From: Hemiscyllium ocellatum
Taxonomy: Eukaryota
Assembly: GCF_020745735.1 (NCBI RefSeq)
Contig: NC_083420.1
Coordinates: 25,668,001-25,732,000 of the forward strand
Length of the DNA: 64,000 bases
Direction: 5' to 3'
Numbering within the stretch: position 1 is the first letter of the stretch; the number at the start of each line of letters is the position of its first letter. Below the pieces are notes generated by a model. It had not been told where the DNA came from. It did not search any database and saw nothing but the letters and a program-made list of their open reading frames with translations. A program made the translations under genes and the position numbers. Of this stretch, positions 19,101 to 30,100 are shown in pieces.

Positions 19101-21276
19101 TTCTAGCTCCTGTAAACTTTATGCCCCTTATGTCAAATCTGTGCCCACAGTCATTGATCCCTCCATCAAGGGCAAAACGTTTTTCATGTTTACCCCATCT
19201 GTGCCCCTCATAATTTTGTACACCTCAATCCAGGTCTCCTGTCAATCTCGTCTGTTCTATGGAAAACCCCAGTCTGTCCAATTTCTCTTCATTACTTAAA
19301 TTATCCAGCCCAGACAACATCCTGGTAAATCTCTTCTGCTTCTCTCCAGTGCTATCGCATTCCCTCCTATAATGTGGATTCTAGAACTGCCCACAATACT
19401 CCAGCTGATGTGATGAATCAGGAAGGTAGTGGAATAGATGTCACATGAAGATTGGAACACATTGAAAATGAACCTTCCAGCCCAGCGAGCAAATCTACAT
19501 CCAGAATCTCAACCTGAGCTACAAATCTTCTCAAAACTCGCTAATTGGAACACAAATTAAAAGTTTGTAGTGGCATGTGATATAAAATCTTATGGTGGAC
19601 TTGTTAGCAGGATGTTCCAAAGTACTTTACAAATAACAAAATAGTTTAAGTGTAGTCACTGTTGTAGAAAATGCAGCAGGCAATTTGCACACAACAATCC
19701 TGGGTAAAAATAATATGGAATGAATGATCTTTCAGTTGATCTTGAAAGAATCATCTCAGTGAATATTTTGTGATGGTTCATCTTATTTCTCTCTCCTGGC
19801 TTTTACTGTTTGTTCTGACTAGGTATATTCTTAAATTAATTTCTTTTGTGGTTGTCTTTAGATTAGATTTGTTTCGTCTTTACAATCTGCTGTGCAGGAT
19901 GAGGATTTTGCAGATCCTTTTTGTACTTTGGGAGCTGTGCTGGTCTGTTTAGACGGTGGCAGGGAAAGTGCCTTCTGAGGAAGAGACTATAAGAAACCCT
20001 AACTGCTCCTTTTACTCCTCAGGAGATTGACCTTGATAAATGTCTGATAGCTTCCTCCTGTCTTGATGTTCTATTAATGGAAACATAGAAACAGGAGCAG
20101 GATAGTCTGTCAGCGCTTTGAGCCTATTCTACTATTCAATATGATCATGGTTGATCATCCAACTCAGTGGCCTGTTTTCACTTTCTTCCCATTCCCTTTT
20201 ATCCCTTTACTCCTATTATCAAACTGATTTTAATTTCATTTGTCCACTATGAAGATAAAACCCCCACAGTTTTAAAGATTCTGGTGTTGGCATGGGGAAT
20301 GCACCGGTCAATAATGACTTTCATTTAACTGCCATCTTTGCTCAACAGGTTGACTCTGGTCAAGATATTGCCCTGAAATGAGCCTGAGAGTAGCTGACAC
20401 TCTTTTTGTCACAAAGTGCAGTCTGCACACATGTCCATCTGTTCATATAGTGTGTCGTTTCCAGTACATATGTGCCATTGTGGAAGTCTGACAATCCTAG
20501 TTTGTTGGTGTGTTACTTTGCACACGAAGTTCATCTATCAACCAAAGCATTGTTTTCTCATATAATATCAATGTTTTCCATTTACTTTGGTATTTACAAA
20601 ATGTCCTGATGAGTGAAAACTAAAAACTTTGACAAAATGTCTATTTTCAGCAATGATCAAGTTGTGAACTACTAAATGACTTTTTGTATAATTATGTCCA
20701 ATAGTAACAATGGGCCTGTAAACTACACTAACCAGCATTTTCTGAAGTTATTTCTTACTCCCCACCTCTGTGGATTCTGTAGTTTGCTCTTCTGAGCCAC
20801 CATTGTTCCTCGCTATGGTCCTTCTGTAATTTTTTAGTACTCCCATTTCTCTATTTTCAAAACATCAGGTACCCTAGAATATTTATTTCTAACCTTAATC
20901 ACCATGTTATTTTGGAAATGTCTTTGAGATCAATCCCACTTATCTTTGTACAATTAAGTCTGTTCTGTTATGAATGCTATGTGTTCAGATAAAACACTTG
21001 TGAATTTAGTTTTTTTGCTATCATCCCTGATTTGACCATATTCACTGACACAAGTTAAACTCTAAATCAAGCATGTATGGCTTGTGGCTAATTACACATG
21101 TGCTGGCGTAGTCTGTTTCCTCCTATTCTGACCCTGGGCTTTCACTGTTTGTATCTACAGGCACTAAAGCCCAGGGAACCACTGAGACCAGAGGAAAAGA
21201 GTCAGACACGCCCAAGGCAAATCCAGAGGAAAGTAAAGAGGGATTCTTTTCTAAATTGAAGCGAATGTTTAGCTGA
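4096..21276 (+). CDS. DNAJA3: DnaJ homolog subfamily A member 3, mitochondrial (Tid1), long isoform, ~475 aa
   Basis: join(4096-4285,4612-4742,5732-5815,6240-6437,11180-11332,15387-15534,16243-16307,16806-16934,17304-17419,18624-18721,21161-21276). All introns are GT-AG with consistent phases (1428 nt). Arg-rich presequence, J domain (DYYEVLG...KKYHPD), four CxxCxGxG motifs ([32 protein letters not shown]), C-terminus [12 protein letters not shown]. Confidence 0.96.
5190..5505 (-). mobile_element. tRNA-derived SINE (HE1/V-SINE-like)
   Basis: Minus strand GTGGCACTGCTGCCTCACAGCACCAGGGACCCAGGTTCGATTC followed by GTGTGGAGTTTGCACATTCTCCC. Sister copies at ~2330-2605(-), 17512-17850(+) and 31190-31555(-). 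Confidence 0.8.
6482..9446 (-). mobile_element. Older Penelope/Poseidon-type PLE, split by a CR1 insertion (PLE parts 6482-6682 and ~8524-9446)
   Basis: The minus strand encodes [19 protein letters not shown] (RT, ~9390-9446) and [21 protein letters not shown] (GIY-YIG, ORF 8466-8789), with frameshifts. The 3' end, with a decayed hammerhead, is at 6482-6590. Confidence 0.8.
6683..8523 (-). mobile_element. CR1 LINE, 5'-truncated, young (open RT frame)
   Basis: 489-aa ORF 6815-8284 with [21 protein letters not shown] and KFADDTK motifs, plus a CTATGACT-type 3' tail at ~6683-6692. Confidence 0.93.
9571..10145 (+). mobile_element. Inverted, diverged second fragment of the same Poseidon-type PLE family
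   Basis: ACTTCAAACCAGCGTCTACAGGAAA... is the reverse-complement homologue of ~8830-9186. It is interrupted by the mini fold-back at 9775-9987. Confidence 0.75.
9775..9987. mobile_element. Mini fold-back PLE derivative (family A) with hammerhead motif
   Basis: Imperfect palindrome ~9775-9949 plus a ~38-nt one-sided tail. TSD TACCCAATAAACA at 9762-9774 and 9988-10000. The minus strand reads CTGAAGA-a-GGGC-tcat-GCCC-GAAAC-GTT. Confidence 0.85.
11750..11785 (-). ncRNA. Mirror copy of the minimal hammerhead ribozyme motif
   Basis: Exact reverse complement of 14275-14310, in the left arm. Confidence 0.8.
12943..14139 (+). CDS. PLE reverse transcriptase C-terminal half plus GIY-YIG endonuclease (5'-truncated, open frame)
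   Basis: 398-aa uninterrupted frame with [15 protein letters not shown] and GIY-YIG motifs. It lacks the RT N-terminal motifs and has no real start codon. Confidence 0.85.
   Translation: MEQSIFHNYTGTTPHLFLRYIDDCIDAASCSHEEVEQFINFTNTFHPDLKFTWTISDSSLPFLDLSISISGDRLNTDIYYKPTDSHSYLDYTSSHPAPCKNAIPYSQFLRLRRICSQEDQFQHRTAQMASFFKDRRFPPDVIDDALHRISSTSRSSALEPRSSNRHQDRTPLVLTYHPTNLRIQRIIRRHFRHLQTDPTTKDIFPSPPLSAFRKDHSLRDSLVRSTPPTNPTSTPGTFPCNRRKCKTCAHTSTLTSLQGPKGSFHIRHKFTCTSTHIIYCIRCTRCGLLYIGETGRLLAERFREHLRATRTNQPNHPVAQHFNSPSHSTEDMQVLGLLHRQNTTTRRLEEERLIFRLGTLQPQGMNSDFSSFLISPPPTLSQSVPSTQHRPPNLQSSS
14275..14310 (+). ncRNA. Minimal type I hammerhead ribozyme motif in PLE 3' region
   Basis: attc-CTGATGA-a-GGGC-ttat-GCTC-GAAA-C-GTC-gaat. 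Intact core boxes, 4-bp stem II, stem I attc/gaat, palindromic ACGT in place of stem III, predicted cleavage after 14306. Confidence 0.8.
15018..15229. mobile_element. Mini fold-back PLE derivative (family A) with hammerhead motif
   Basis: Palindrome ~15019-15186 plus tail. TSD TTTAAACCCATGA at 15005-15017 and 15230-15242. The minus strand reads attc-CTGAAGA-a-GGGC-ttat-GCCC-GAAAC-GTC-gatt. Confidence 0.85.
17512..17850 (+). mobile_element. tRNA-derived SINE (HE1/V-SINE-like)
   Basis: A box TGGCTCAGTGG, B-box-like GATTCGATTCC, body TCTGTGGAGTTTGAACATT, and a CR1-like tail GGCCAAATGGCCTGTTTCC. Confidence 0.8.
18880..19410 (-). mobile_element. Old CR1-like LINE 3' fragment
   Basis: Diverged similarity to the other CR1 3' ends (CCAGCCCAGACAACATCCTGGTAAATCTC, GAACTGCCCACAATACTCCA). 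Confidence 0.6.
19462..19543 (+). mobile_element. ~80-bp 3'-terminal fragment of the Poseidon-type PLE
   Basis: Same sequence family as 397-477. TSD ATTGGAACACA at 19451-19461 and 19544-19554. Confidence 0.8.
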
Positions 21277-21831
21277 CATTTCAGAGGTAGGATACTTCTT
21301 TATGACAATGCACCATTTGTCTATTTTATTTTGTTGCCTTGCGCAGTTCCTAAATGCAAAACATTGATATGAATATGAGAATAGATACCCTGTTCCTCTG
21401 CTCAGTACTGTGGCAGGTTCAGAATGTTATCTAACTAGGATTAACAAATGAGTGCAGCCCCCAAAATAGATACCAGGTGGAAGTTCTAAGCGTCTTGAGT
21501 GAAATGGGTTGAGTCTTTCTGATTCTTAATGTATTAGGCCACGGTGAAAACCATATCATTATATATATTACCAATGATGTTTCCAAATGCTGCAAGCTTT
21601 AACAAGCAAGTTTGGAAGACTCTCAAATCTACCGATGTATTAGTTAATGCTTACTCGTGATGCATTGCATTTGTCTTTTTTTGAGGTTTTTTTGGCTTTC
21701 TGTAAACACACTTGTCATGTATGAACCAGTATTCCTGGGACATGAGTTCCATTATTCAATCTGCTTTTGTGTTAAGTCTGAACTCTAAGAATTCTGCCTT
21801 AAAAGTTTTACTGGTTGTATTCTAATTTCAG

Positions 21832-21854
21832 GAAAGCGCTCAAGTGGAAACTGA
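21832..21854 (+). CDS. DNAJA3: DNAJA3 short-isoform (Tid1S-type) terminal coding segment G-KRSSGN*
   Basis: Acceptor tctaatttcag at 21821-21831. A phase-1 join from exon 10 (ends 18721) gives G|GA AAG CGC TCA AGT GGA AAC TGA. Human Tid1S ends KRSTGN. Predicted length 444 aa. Confidence 0.85.
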
Positions 21855-24112
21855 GCCCAGCCTGGCTACCAAGATTGTGGGCTGGTGTGCCACTGTGAAA
21901 GATGGACATTTTACGCCGTCACCGTCAGAGTGGCAAGAGCTGTTGAAGGAATTCCTTCTCCTTGAAATGAAACAGCAAGAACCTACAGACAAACTCATTT
22001 TCCAATAAGAAAGCCTTTACATTTTATTTCGTAGTTCTGATTAATTCTGTACAGTGTCAATGGCCATGTAAATATAGTGACAGGTACAATATTTAATTAC
22101 AGCTGTTACGATATTTTGTCTGAAACATTGATCATAAAATTTTTGTTCTGAAAATTAGGTGTTTATTCCATTTAAGTGTTGTATATCATGAAATTACAAA
22201 TCGTTCCTGGAGTTTGATTGTTTAAAATTGGAAGGAATGTGTTTCTTTTCTTCAGTTGGTTACATGATCATTTTAACTGCTTGGAGTGTTTGTGTCTTTG
22301 CAAATATACTAGTGCGTCTTAGGATGTGGTAATCCAAACTAACTCCAGATCCATTAGTCTTTGTGAAGTCGTCTTCTTCCTTCTTCTTCCCCCCCCCCCC
22401 AAATAAATTAGGTGCTGTAACAAAGCAAAACAGTGAAATATTCTGATCACGCAGATTTCAGTCATTCTCCTTTGGACTGAGATTAGTTACTCATATTCCA
22501 CTGGGAGTTCTGCCAAGAAATGAACAGCTGTTGTCCTGGTAAGCAGTATAGAATCACAGCTGATCAAGTTTTTGTCATATGTAGTGAAGTGACAAACTCT
22601 GAAGGGTTTAGGGTGACCGTACAAGAATTTAATATCATGAAAAGGGTTTGATAGAGTTTATGCCAAGCAAAGTGTTCAACACTGCAGTGTCTGCTTCATA
22701 GACTGATTAGCGTGATAATAGAGGTAGTCTTCATTAAATCATTTCAATGCAGTACATTTGTTTGAAAAATAAGCATGGAATTTGATAACTAACTTTGTTG
22801 ACTTCAGCCCTGCGATTCTATGATTCTCTTCTGGGACTTTGCTCACTTCATCCAAGGTGAAGGATAACATAATAATTCCACTATCACATCATACAACTAC
22901 CAGGATGGTTAAAAAAACAATCTAAATATTTCTTACTGCATCACCAATTTTTGTTCCTACATTGTTTTATAAATAGAATTATACCAGAAATTGAAAAGCC
23001 TGTCTCTTCTTGTCAAGTAGATAGTGAAGGGACAGTATTATGGAAAAATTATCATGGTGAAAGTTCTCTAGGAATTTGAGTGAGTAGTTATGGGTTGAAA
23101 TCCACATGTTAATTGGTTGATGTTTTGACAGCTAGAGTCATAGTCCTCTAAGTTTCCTTTTTGATAGTGAACATTAATTTAGAATCCTAGCTGCTCTATG
23201 GAACACAATGAAATAGCAGCTATCTTCACTACGCCTGTAGTTTCAATAAAACTCCAAGAAATTCAGAAACTGTAGAGAATGTGGAATAGGTGAATAGAGA
23301 CACATTTAAGGGAAAGCTAGATGAACAGATAGAACAAAGAAATAGAAATGATATGGTGAGGAGAGTCCACTAATTACTGGAGCTGACAAGTTGAGCTGCA
23401 TTACATATGCAGTAATTTCTATGTGAAGTGCATTTAGTGTAAATAAGGAAATATAGCCAGTGACTTATTATAACATTTAATAATCAAGTGCATAAATACA
23501 ATGGCACAGTTAGTGAAATTATTCAAGTCCACTCACTGATTAAAGAAAGTGAAATTTTAATAATTGCTTCCCAACCAGGCAATATCTAGGAAATGAGTCA
23601 GGGCCTGGATCCACAACAAGGTGACTGCTGAGTTTTCCAACAGTTCTCCATCTTGTTGAAGTCACCGTTCTGAGGTTCATATTGGAACGTTATCTGTCTG
23701 AGGTTTGTAAGTCAGCTGTGTTCATTCAAAGTAAATTAGAAAATATTACTTTCTCTGAAAACACATTAGAAGTGATAATGAGGACCACTGAACAATTCAG
23801 GAAGGTTATCAGAGGTGTGATTCTACATTTCCAGCCACCTATATTTACATTTGCTCCAACAGTGCCATTTTACAGTGGTTCATACCTGAACAATAATTAA
23901 ACACAGTCAGCAAAACATTGAGCTGAGTTAATGAGCTTATGTCCAAGGTCATATGCTGCAAAAGTAGAGGAATTGGATAGATGTTGAGTCTCTGGACTCA
24001 TGGCTAGGCCTGCTAGAACTCAACCGTATTTCAATCAAGAAAGATAGGGTGTCTCAAATGGGAGAGGTTTACATCATTTTTGTTGGACAGTCCATGTTAA
24101 TGGCTGTAAACC

Positions 24113-27100
24113 TCACAGCAGATACCAACCAGCAGAAAGTGCCAGTAGAGCAGCAATTACCACCTGGAAAGGACAGCTCTGCACCACAGCTATAATAGAC
24201 TGCAGTGGACACCCCATTTCACCATCACCTGGAATGAGAGAAAAATAAGAATTAATAAAAGAAGAATACCATGTCCTACAATTAATTACACCATAGAAGT
24301 ACAGACCTACACATTGCCCAATGCAGGTCACATCAACATTGGCAGGCTGTCCCACCCTCTGATGCCTACAGTTGGTCCTTTGGCATAGACTAGTCCAGCC
24401 TCAAGCAGAGAAACTACTTCCACTGGAGGCTAGATTCCAGTTATCCTGTCATTTCCACATACAAGAGACTGACAACATGGGAACATCTACACTGCATCTA
24501 ATTAGAGTTGATTTCCTCTGATTCAAGTCTGGGATCTCCATTCTCCCAGTTACATTTCCCAGAGGATGGATAAGCCAGCATACCTTTTGCAGCATAGAAT
24601 GGGCACTTCCGGACATCGCCTTTTCCATCATGGAGAGGGACGCCAGATTCCTGCACAACTTCCCCCAGGGTTTTTCCAAACTTATCCAATTCTTCAAAAA
24701 CCTGTGGAAATTTGAGATTAAAGCAAAGATTAAAGTGGATCAGTAACTAACTGGCACAATCAATCAATCAATCAATCAATCAATAGCAGACACAGACAGG
24801 TAGGGTAATAGCATTGATTACTGTGGAAGAATCATCATGGGTTTACTCAACATAACACAGGCTCTTCATTCTCATGGCTGCAAGTAGTTCCAGTAAATCA
24901 GTCTGCTCACTGTATATAAGTACAGCACATAGAATTGTCTAATGGTACATGTTAGTGATCTTTTCTCCCTTAGTATGCAAGAGGGAGATGTCTGTATTCA
25001 ACTTATGTTGAATGAGTGGCTTAATTTCCCAGGATGCTGCACCTAAGTATTTTCTTTAAAAAAAACTAGCTGAGCTCCATGTGGGAACAAGTGACAAAGC
25101 TTAATTAAAAGCAAGTTACAAGGAACGGAAGAGAGAAACATAAGAAAGGTGGAGAGCACTCAGAAGAGAAACCCCAGAGTGTGGAGCCCAGTTAAGTGAA
25201 GGCATTACCACCAAGAGTGGGACAACTAAAATTAGAGATGTTGAAGGGGCCAGGAGTAGGGGAATGTGGATATTTCAAGAGGATTATGGGGCTGTAAGAG
25301 ATTACAGAGTGAGAGTGTTAGGTGGTTGGTGAGGTCATGGAAAGTTTTGAAAACATCAATAATTTTTTTTTAAATCGAGTTTTTAACCTGGAGCCAATGT
25401 GGATCAATAAATGTGGGTGATGGATATCAGCTGTTTCAACAAGAGAAAATAAAAACACTAAAAATCATTACCAAAGCAGAAAACATAATGTGCAAGAAAA
25501 GTGGGCAATGTATTTTTGCCAAGAGACACTTAAAAAGTAGGGAATAATCCAATAAAAGGTTGTAACCCAAACTATTTCTGTGGTTTTCTGTTCCTGTTTT
25601 GCTATGTATTATGACACTATCTCACTCACATAGCTTCATCTGGCGAACGCTTGCTGGATCTCTGTTCCCTGTCAGGGTGCATCACATGACAACTATCTGG
25701 AAGATGCAGAACACGAAGTGCGAATTGCACTCCACCTAGTTAACACTCCTCAATAATGCTCACCTCCATGTTGAAGTGAAAGGCTCGGTTGGCCTCCTCC
25801 ACAATCTTCTCCCTGATTTCCCTAGTGGTCTCCAAAGTGTTCAAACGGGATCGATACAGCTCCTTGAATCGAGCAGGATTGGAAATGTTGTCGAAAGTGT
25901 AGAACTGCACACCCTCCCCAGTGCTGGGCAAGCGCAGTGCTCTCTGTGCCACTTTTTTCAACACCTGACCTCCTGACAGGTCACCCATGTAGCGTGTGTA
26001 GGCATGTGCCACCAACAGCTCAGGCTCATGCTTCCCAACATGATGGATCCGTTCTACATAGCTCGCTGTGGCCTCAGAACACTTGATCCGGTCCTGCCAG
26101 TCTTTCCCATAGAAGTATTCTAGGTCCTTGGCCAAAGCATCCTTGCGGTGCAGTTCAAGCGGGAAATAAAGGGGAGCAAAGCCAGGATGTTCTGCATTTT
26201 TATCCATTTCTTCCTCCAGAGCAGAGTAGGTGAAGTAGAGGGCAACTGTACCCAACTGTAACACAAGGTAACAGCAATAGAGAAACAGCTCAGGATCAAA
26301 CCTCAAAGTTAGTTTTGCTGATCTGCAACATCTCCCACCTCCCATGCACCCAATATGTCCCAGCATCTCAACATGATCTATCATTTCATCAATGGAGTCA
26401 CCAGCCAACAAAAACAGGCAGAATCTGATTGATTCCCAATCCCAGTGTGTTAAGACCCAATCTGTTCCCCAGTGTTAAGACCCAGTTTTGTCCTTCCCAT
26501 CAGCCTCCAAGCTAATCAATGTCCAACTATAAAGAATCAAACCATACTTGGACAACCAAACAGTGGGCAATCAAAAAGGTCTGCCCTAATCCTCAAGAAA
26601 TAGTGATTCCTTGCTTATCATTGTATTTGTGTTATTGAAAAGCACAACTTCAATTAAACAATATTGATGGAATCATCTTTTCTCATAGAACTATTGTAAA
26701 AATTGCAGTTAATTGCTGTAGGACCTTAAGAAAAAAAATACACCCTGTTGTTTAAATACTGTACACTTATTTTTAAAAATTCATTTTAGTTTAAAAAGGT
26801 AAAATAAATATGCTAACTCTTTGAACTGCTTCAAGGCTTTGGGAGAGGGAGAAATTAAAGGAGAGAGCAAGAGGAGTTACAATTGGGAGCATTAAGGGAC
26901 AAACAGCAAATGGAAAAGGCCTTGGCGAATAGAAGGAAAGATGGTATGCAGGAGTGGTTGCTCCAAAATAGCATCAGGTCACAGGGTGCCTGCTCAATGT
27001 GAAGACCCTGATGCTAAGTGCATATACTGACCCCATTATATGCACAACATTAAAGCTAAACAGTTGAAATAGGGGCAACTTAAAACATGAAGTTTTAAAA

Positions 27101-30100
27101 CATAAAACATAAAGCCTAGCATTTCTATAGTATCTTGTCTGATCTCAGGACATCCCAAAGCATTTTATGGGCAAGGGAATATTTTTGAAGTGTAGTCATT
27201 ATTTTGAAGGAAGAAATGCATCCATTTGTGTATAACAAGATCTCACAGTAATGTGATCATAATCATATATTCGGTCTTTGTGGCACTGTCTCAGAGACTA
27301 TGTAACAACCACTTAGCAGGACAGCATCGCCTTAGCATTGACTCTCAGATGATGCAGCTCTCTCTCAACCTTGAGTTATATGATCAAGTCATGGAATGCA
27401 ACTTAAATACACAACTTTGAAATCTGAGACAAGAGCAATAACTATTTAGGACAGAGGTTAAAATCTGTCTCAATCTGTAGCTCTGTGTTATACTGAGATC
27501 TTTTTAGTTACTGGAAATCAAGGGAAAGTCAAGCAACAAGCAAACATTCCAACTGCTTAAATACTGTACAGCTGAACCGAGTAGGGATCTTTAAACAGCC
27601 TTTCCTGGTTGGGCAATGAGATTAAAATCTTAAACCCCAAGAACTAATGTCAACTCCTTCATCCCAAGTGGATTCAACACAAATCTTCATGGCAAAGTCA
27701 GAGTGAATAGGAGTTGAGTAACCAGCAGTGAGGGGACCTAAGAACTTATCCAACTCGTGACAGGCCCTGTTCACATCATGGCATTTTCACTCTCTAGCCA
27801 AAAAAACAGATGCATATAAATGGTAATGCGCTGAGCTCAGCTTTGCCAAACATTTTGTATTCGTGTCATCACACAACTTACTGCCAAAATGCTGCACAGG
27901 TCAATGGATCCTTCCTTCCTACTTCCAATCCACATTGATTTCTGGTGCCATCAAATTTATTGTGTTCCATGTTACCCTTTCTGTATCACGTGTTGCTACA
28001 CATCTCTGGCTACAGGAAAATCTGCACGGAAAGCTTGATAACCTAACTGCTAACAAACAGAACAGACCATGATAAGTCGCACCTCAAACAGTTCTCGCCG
28101 AATCTTGCCCTTCAGGAACTCTTTCACAAATCGAGTGTTCTCTGCACGATCGTGAGACTCCTTTGTCCCTTCCTTCAGGATCTCAGAAAGGTCCATGGGA
28201 CTGCAGTGTCAGGAAGGAAGGAGAATAATTAGAGATAACAGCGAACCGAGAGGGGAACAAGGAATGAGGTTGAGGAATGAAGAGTGAGCCGACAGCAGAG
28301 GGGGATGTGGGTGGAGGAGACAGAAAGAGAGCTTTTATGCTATTGGAAGATAAAGTAGATGGAATTAATTGCCATTAGTTCTATGGGTCAAAAAGCACTC
28401 TCAGATCAGGCATGATTAGTTCACTAAAACACTGGAAAATCATCACTGAGTCATTTGCCACACCAGTCCTCCTTGTGCTCTCTCTGACAGAGAAAGCCTG
28501 TTTAACTGCCCAAGATCAGTCCATGAAAGGCATAACGGGATTGATAGCTTGAGCAGTTTCCTGTTCCTGAAATCAGTTGCTTGGTGATGCACATGCAACA
28601 ATCAAGTACACTGCCCTCACAAACTGGGTGAGGTTTCCTCTCACTGCCCCTGTTAAGCATAAAAACATAAATTGTCACACCAAGCCATATAAGGAGATGC
28701 CAGAAGTGGGTTTTAAAGAGCATCATAAAGGAGAAAAGTGGTAGAAGTAAAAATGTGTATGGAGGTATTACAAATCTCTGGGTCTACACATTGGAAGATG
28801 TGACTACCAAAGATAGACTGTTCAAAATTAAGATGTACAAGATGCCAAAATGAAGGGAGTACAGATATCTATAGTACAGCACTGAAAGAGACTGCAGAAA
28901 TGGAAGGGGCAGGAGGACATAGAGGGATTTGAAAAATTAGGACGGGAGTGAGGAAAGGGACAAGGGTTTAGAGTGATGGGAAAGGGTGTTTGAGTGGGGG
29001 AAGAGGGGGGCGGAAGAAACAATGGGGGGGGGGACTGGGGGTGTGGATGAGGGGGGAAAGAGGACACATGGACGAAGGGGCAAAGAGGACACTCAGACTA
29101 CGGGGCAAAGAGAGGAGTGGCAGAGGGAGGACAGGGACGAGTGAGGGGTCAGAGGGAGGACGGGGGGGGGTCAGAGGGAGGATGGGGGGGGGTCAGGGGG
29201 AGGACGGGGTGGTCCGAGGGAGGATGGGGGCGAGGGGTGGTCCGAGGGAGGATGGAGAGAGGACGGGGGTGAGGGGGATGGGCGGAGGAGGGAGGAAGGG
29301 AACACTGGGGGGGGGGGGGGGGGGGGAACACTGGGGGGGGGGGAGACGGGGACGGAGGGAACACGGGGGGGGGGAAGGGAAGACGGGGACGGGGGGGGGA
29401 GAAGACGGGGACGAAGGGGGGAGAGAAGACGGGGACGGGGGGGGGGGAAGAGAAGACGGGGACGGGGGGGGGGGAAGAGAAGACGGGGACTGGGGGGGGG
29501 GAAGAGAAGACGGGGACTGGGGGGGAAGAGAAGACAGGGACAGGGGGGGGAAGAGAAGACGGGGGGGGAAGAGAAGTCGGGGACGGGGGGGGAAGAGAAG
29601 ACGGGGACGGGGGGGGAAGAGAAGACGGGGACGGGGGGGGGAAGAGAAGACGGGGACGGGGGGGGGAAGAGAAGACGGGGACGGGGGGGGGGAAGAGAAG
29701 ACGGGGACGGGGGGGGAAGAGAAGACGGGGACGGGGGGGGGAAGAGAAGACGGGGACGGGGGGGGGGAAGAGAAGACGGGGACGGGGGGGGGGAAGAGAA
29801 GACGGGGACGGGGGGGGGAAGAGAAGTCGGGGACGGGGGGGGAAGAGAAGACGGGGACGGGGGGGGGAAGAGAAGACAGGGACGGGGGGGAGAAGGGAAG
29901 ACGGGGACGGGGGGGGGGAAGAGAAGACAGGGACAGGGGGGGGAAGAGAAGTCGGGGACGGGGGGGGGAAGAGAAGACGGGGACGGGGGGGGGAAGAGAA
30001 GACAGGGACGGGGGGGAGAAGGGAAGACGGGGACGGGGGGGGGAAGAGAAGACGGGGACGGGGGGGGGGAAGAGAAGACGGGGACGGGGGGGGGAAGAGA

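Noticed and set aside
20601-20640. Additional hammerhead (CTGATGAGTG…)
   Set aside because: Only the first core box is intact, with no GAAA box or stem II; at best a dead remnant.
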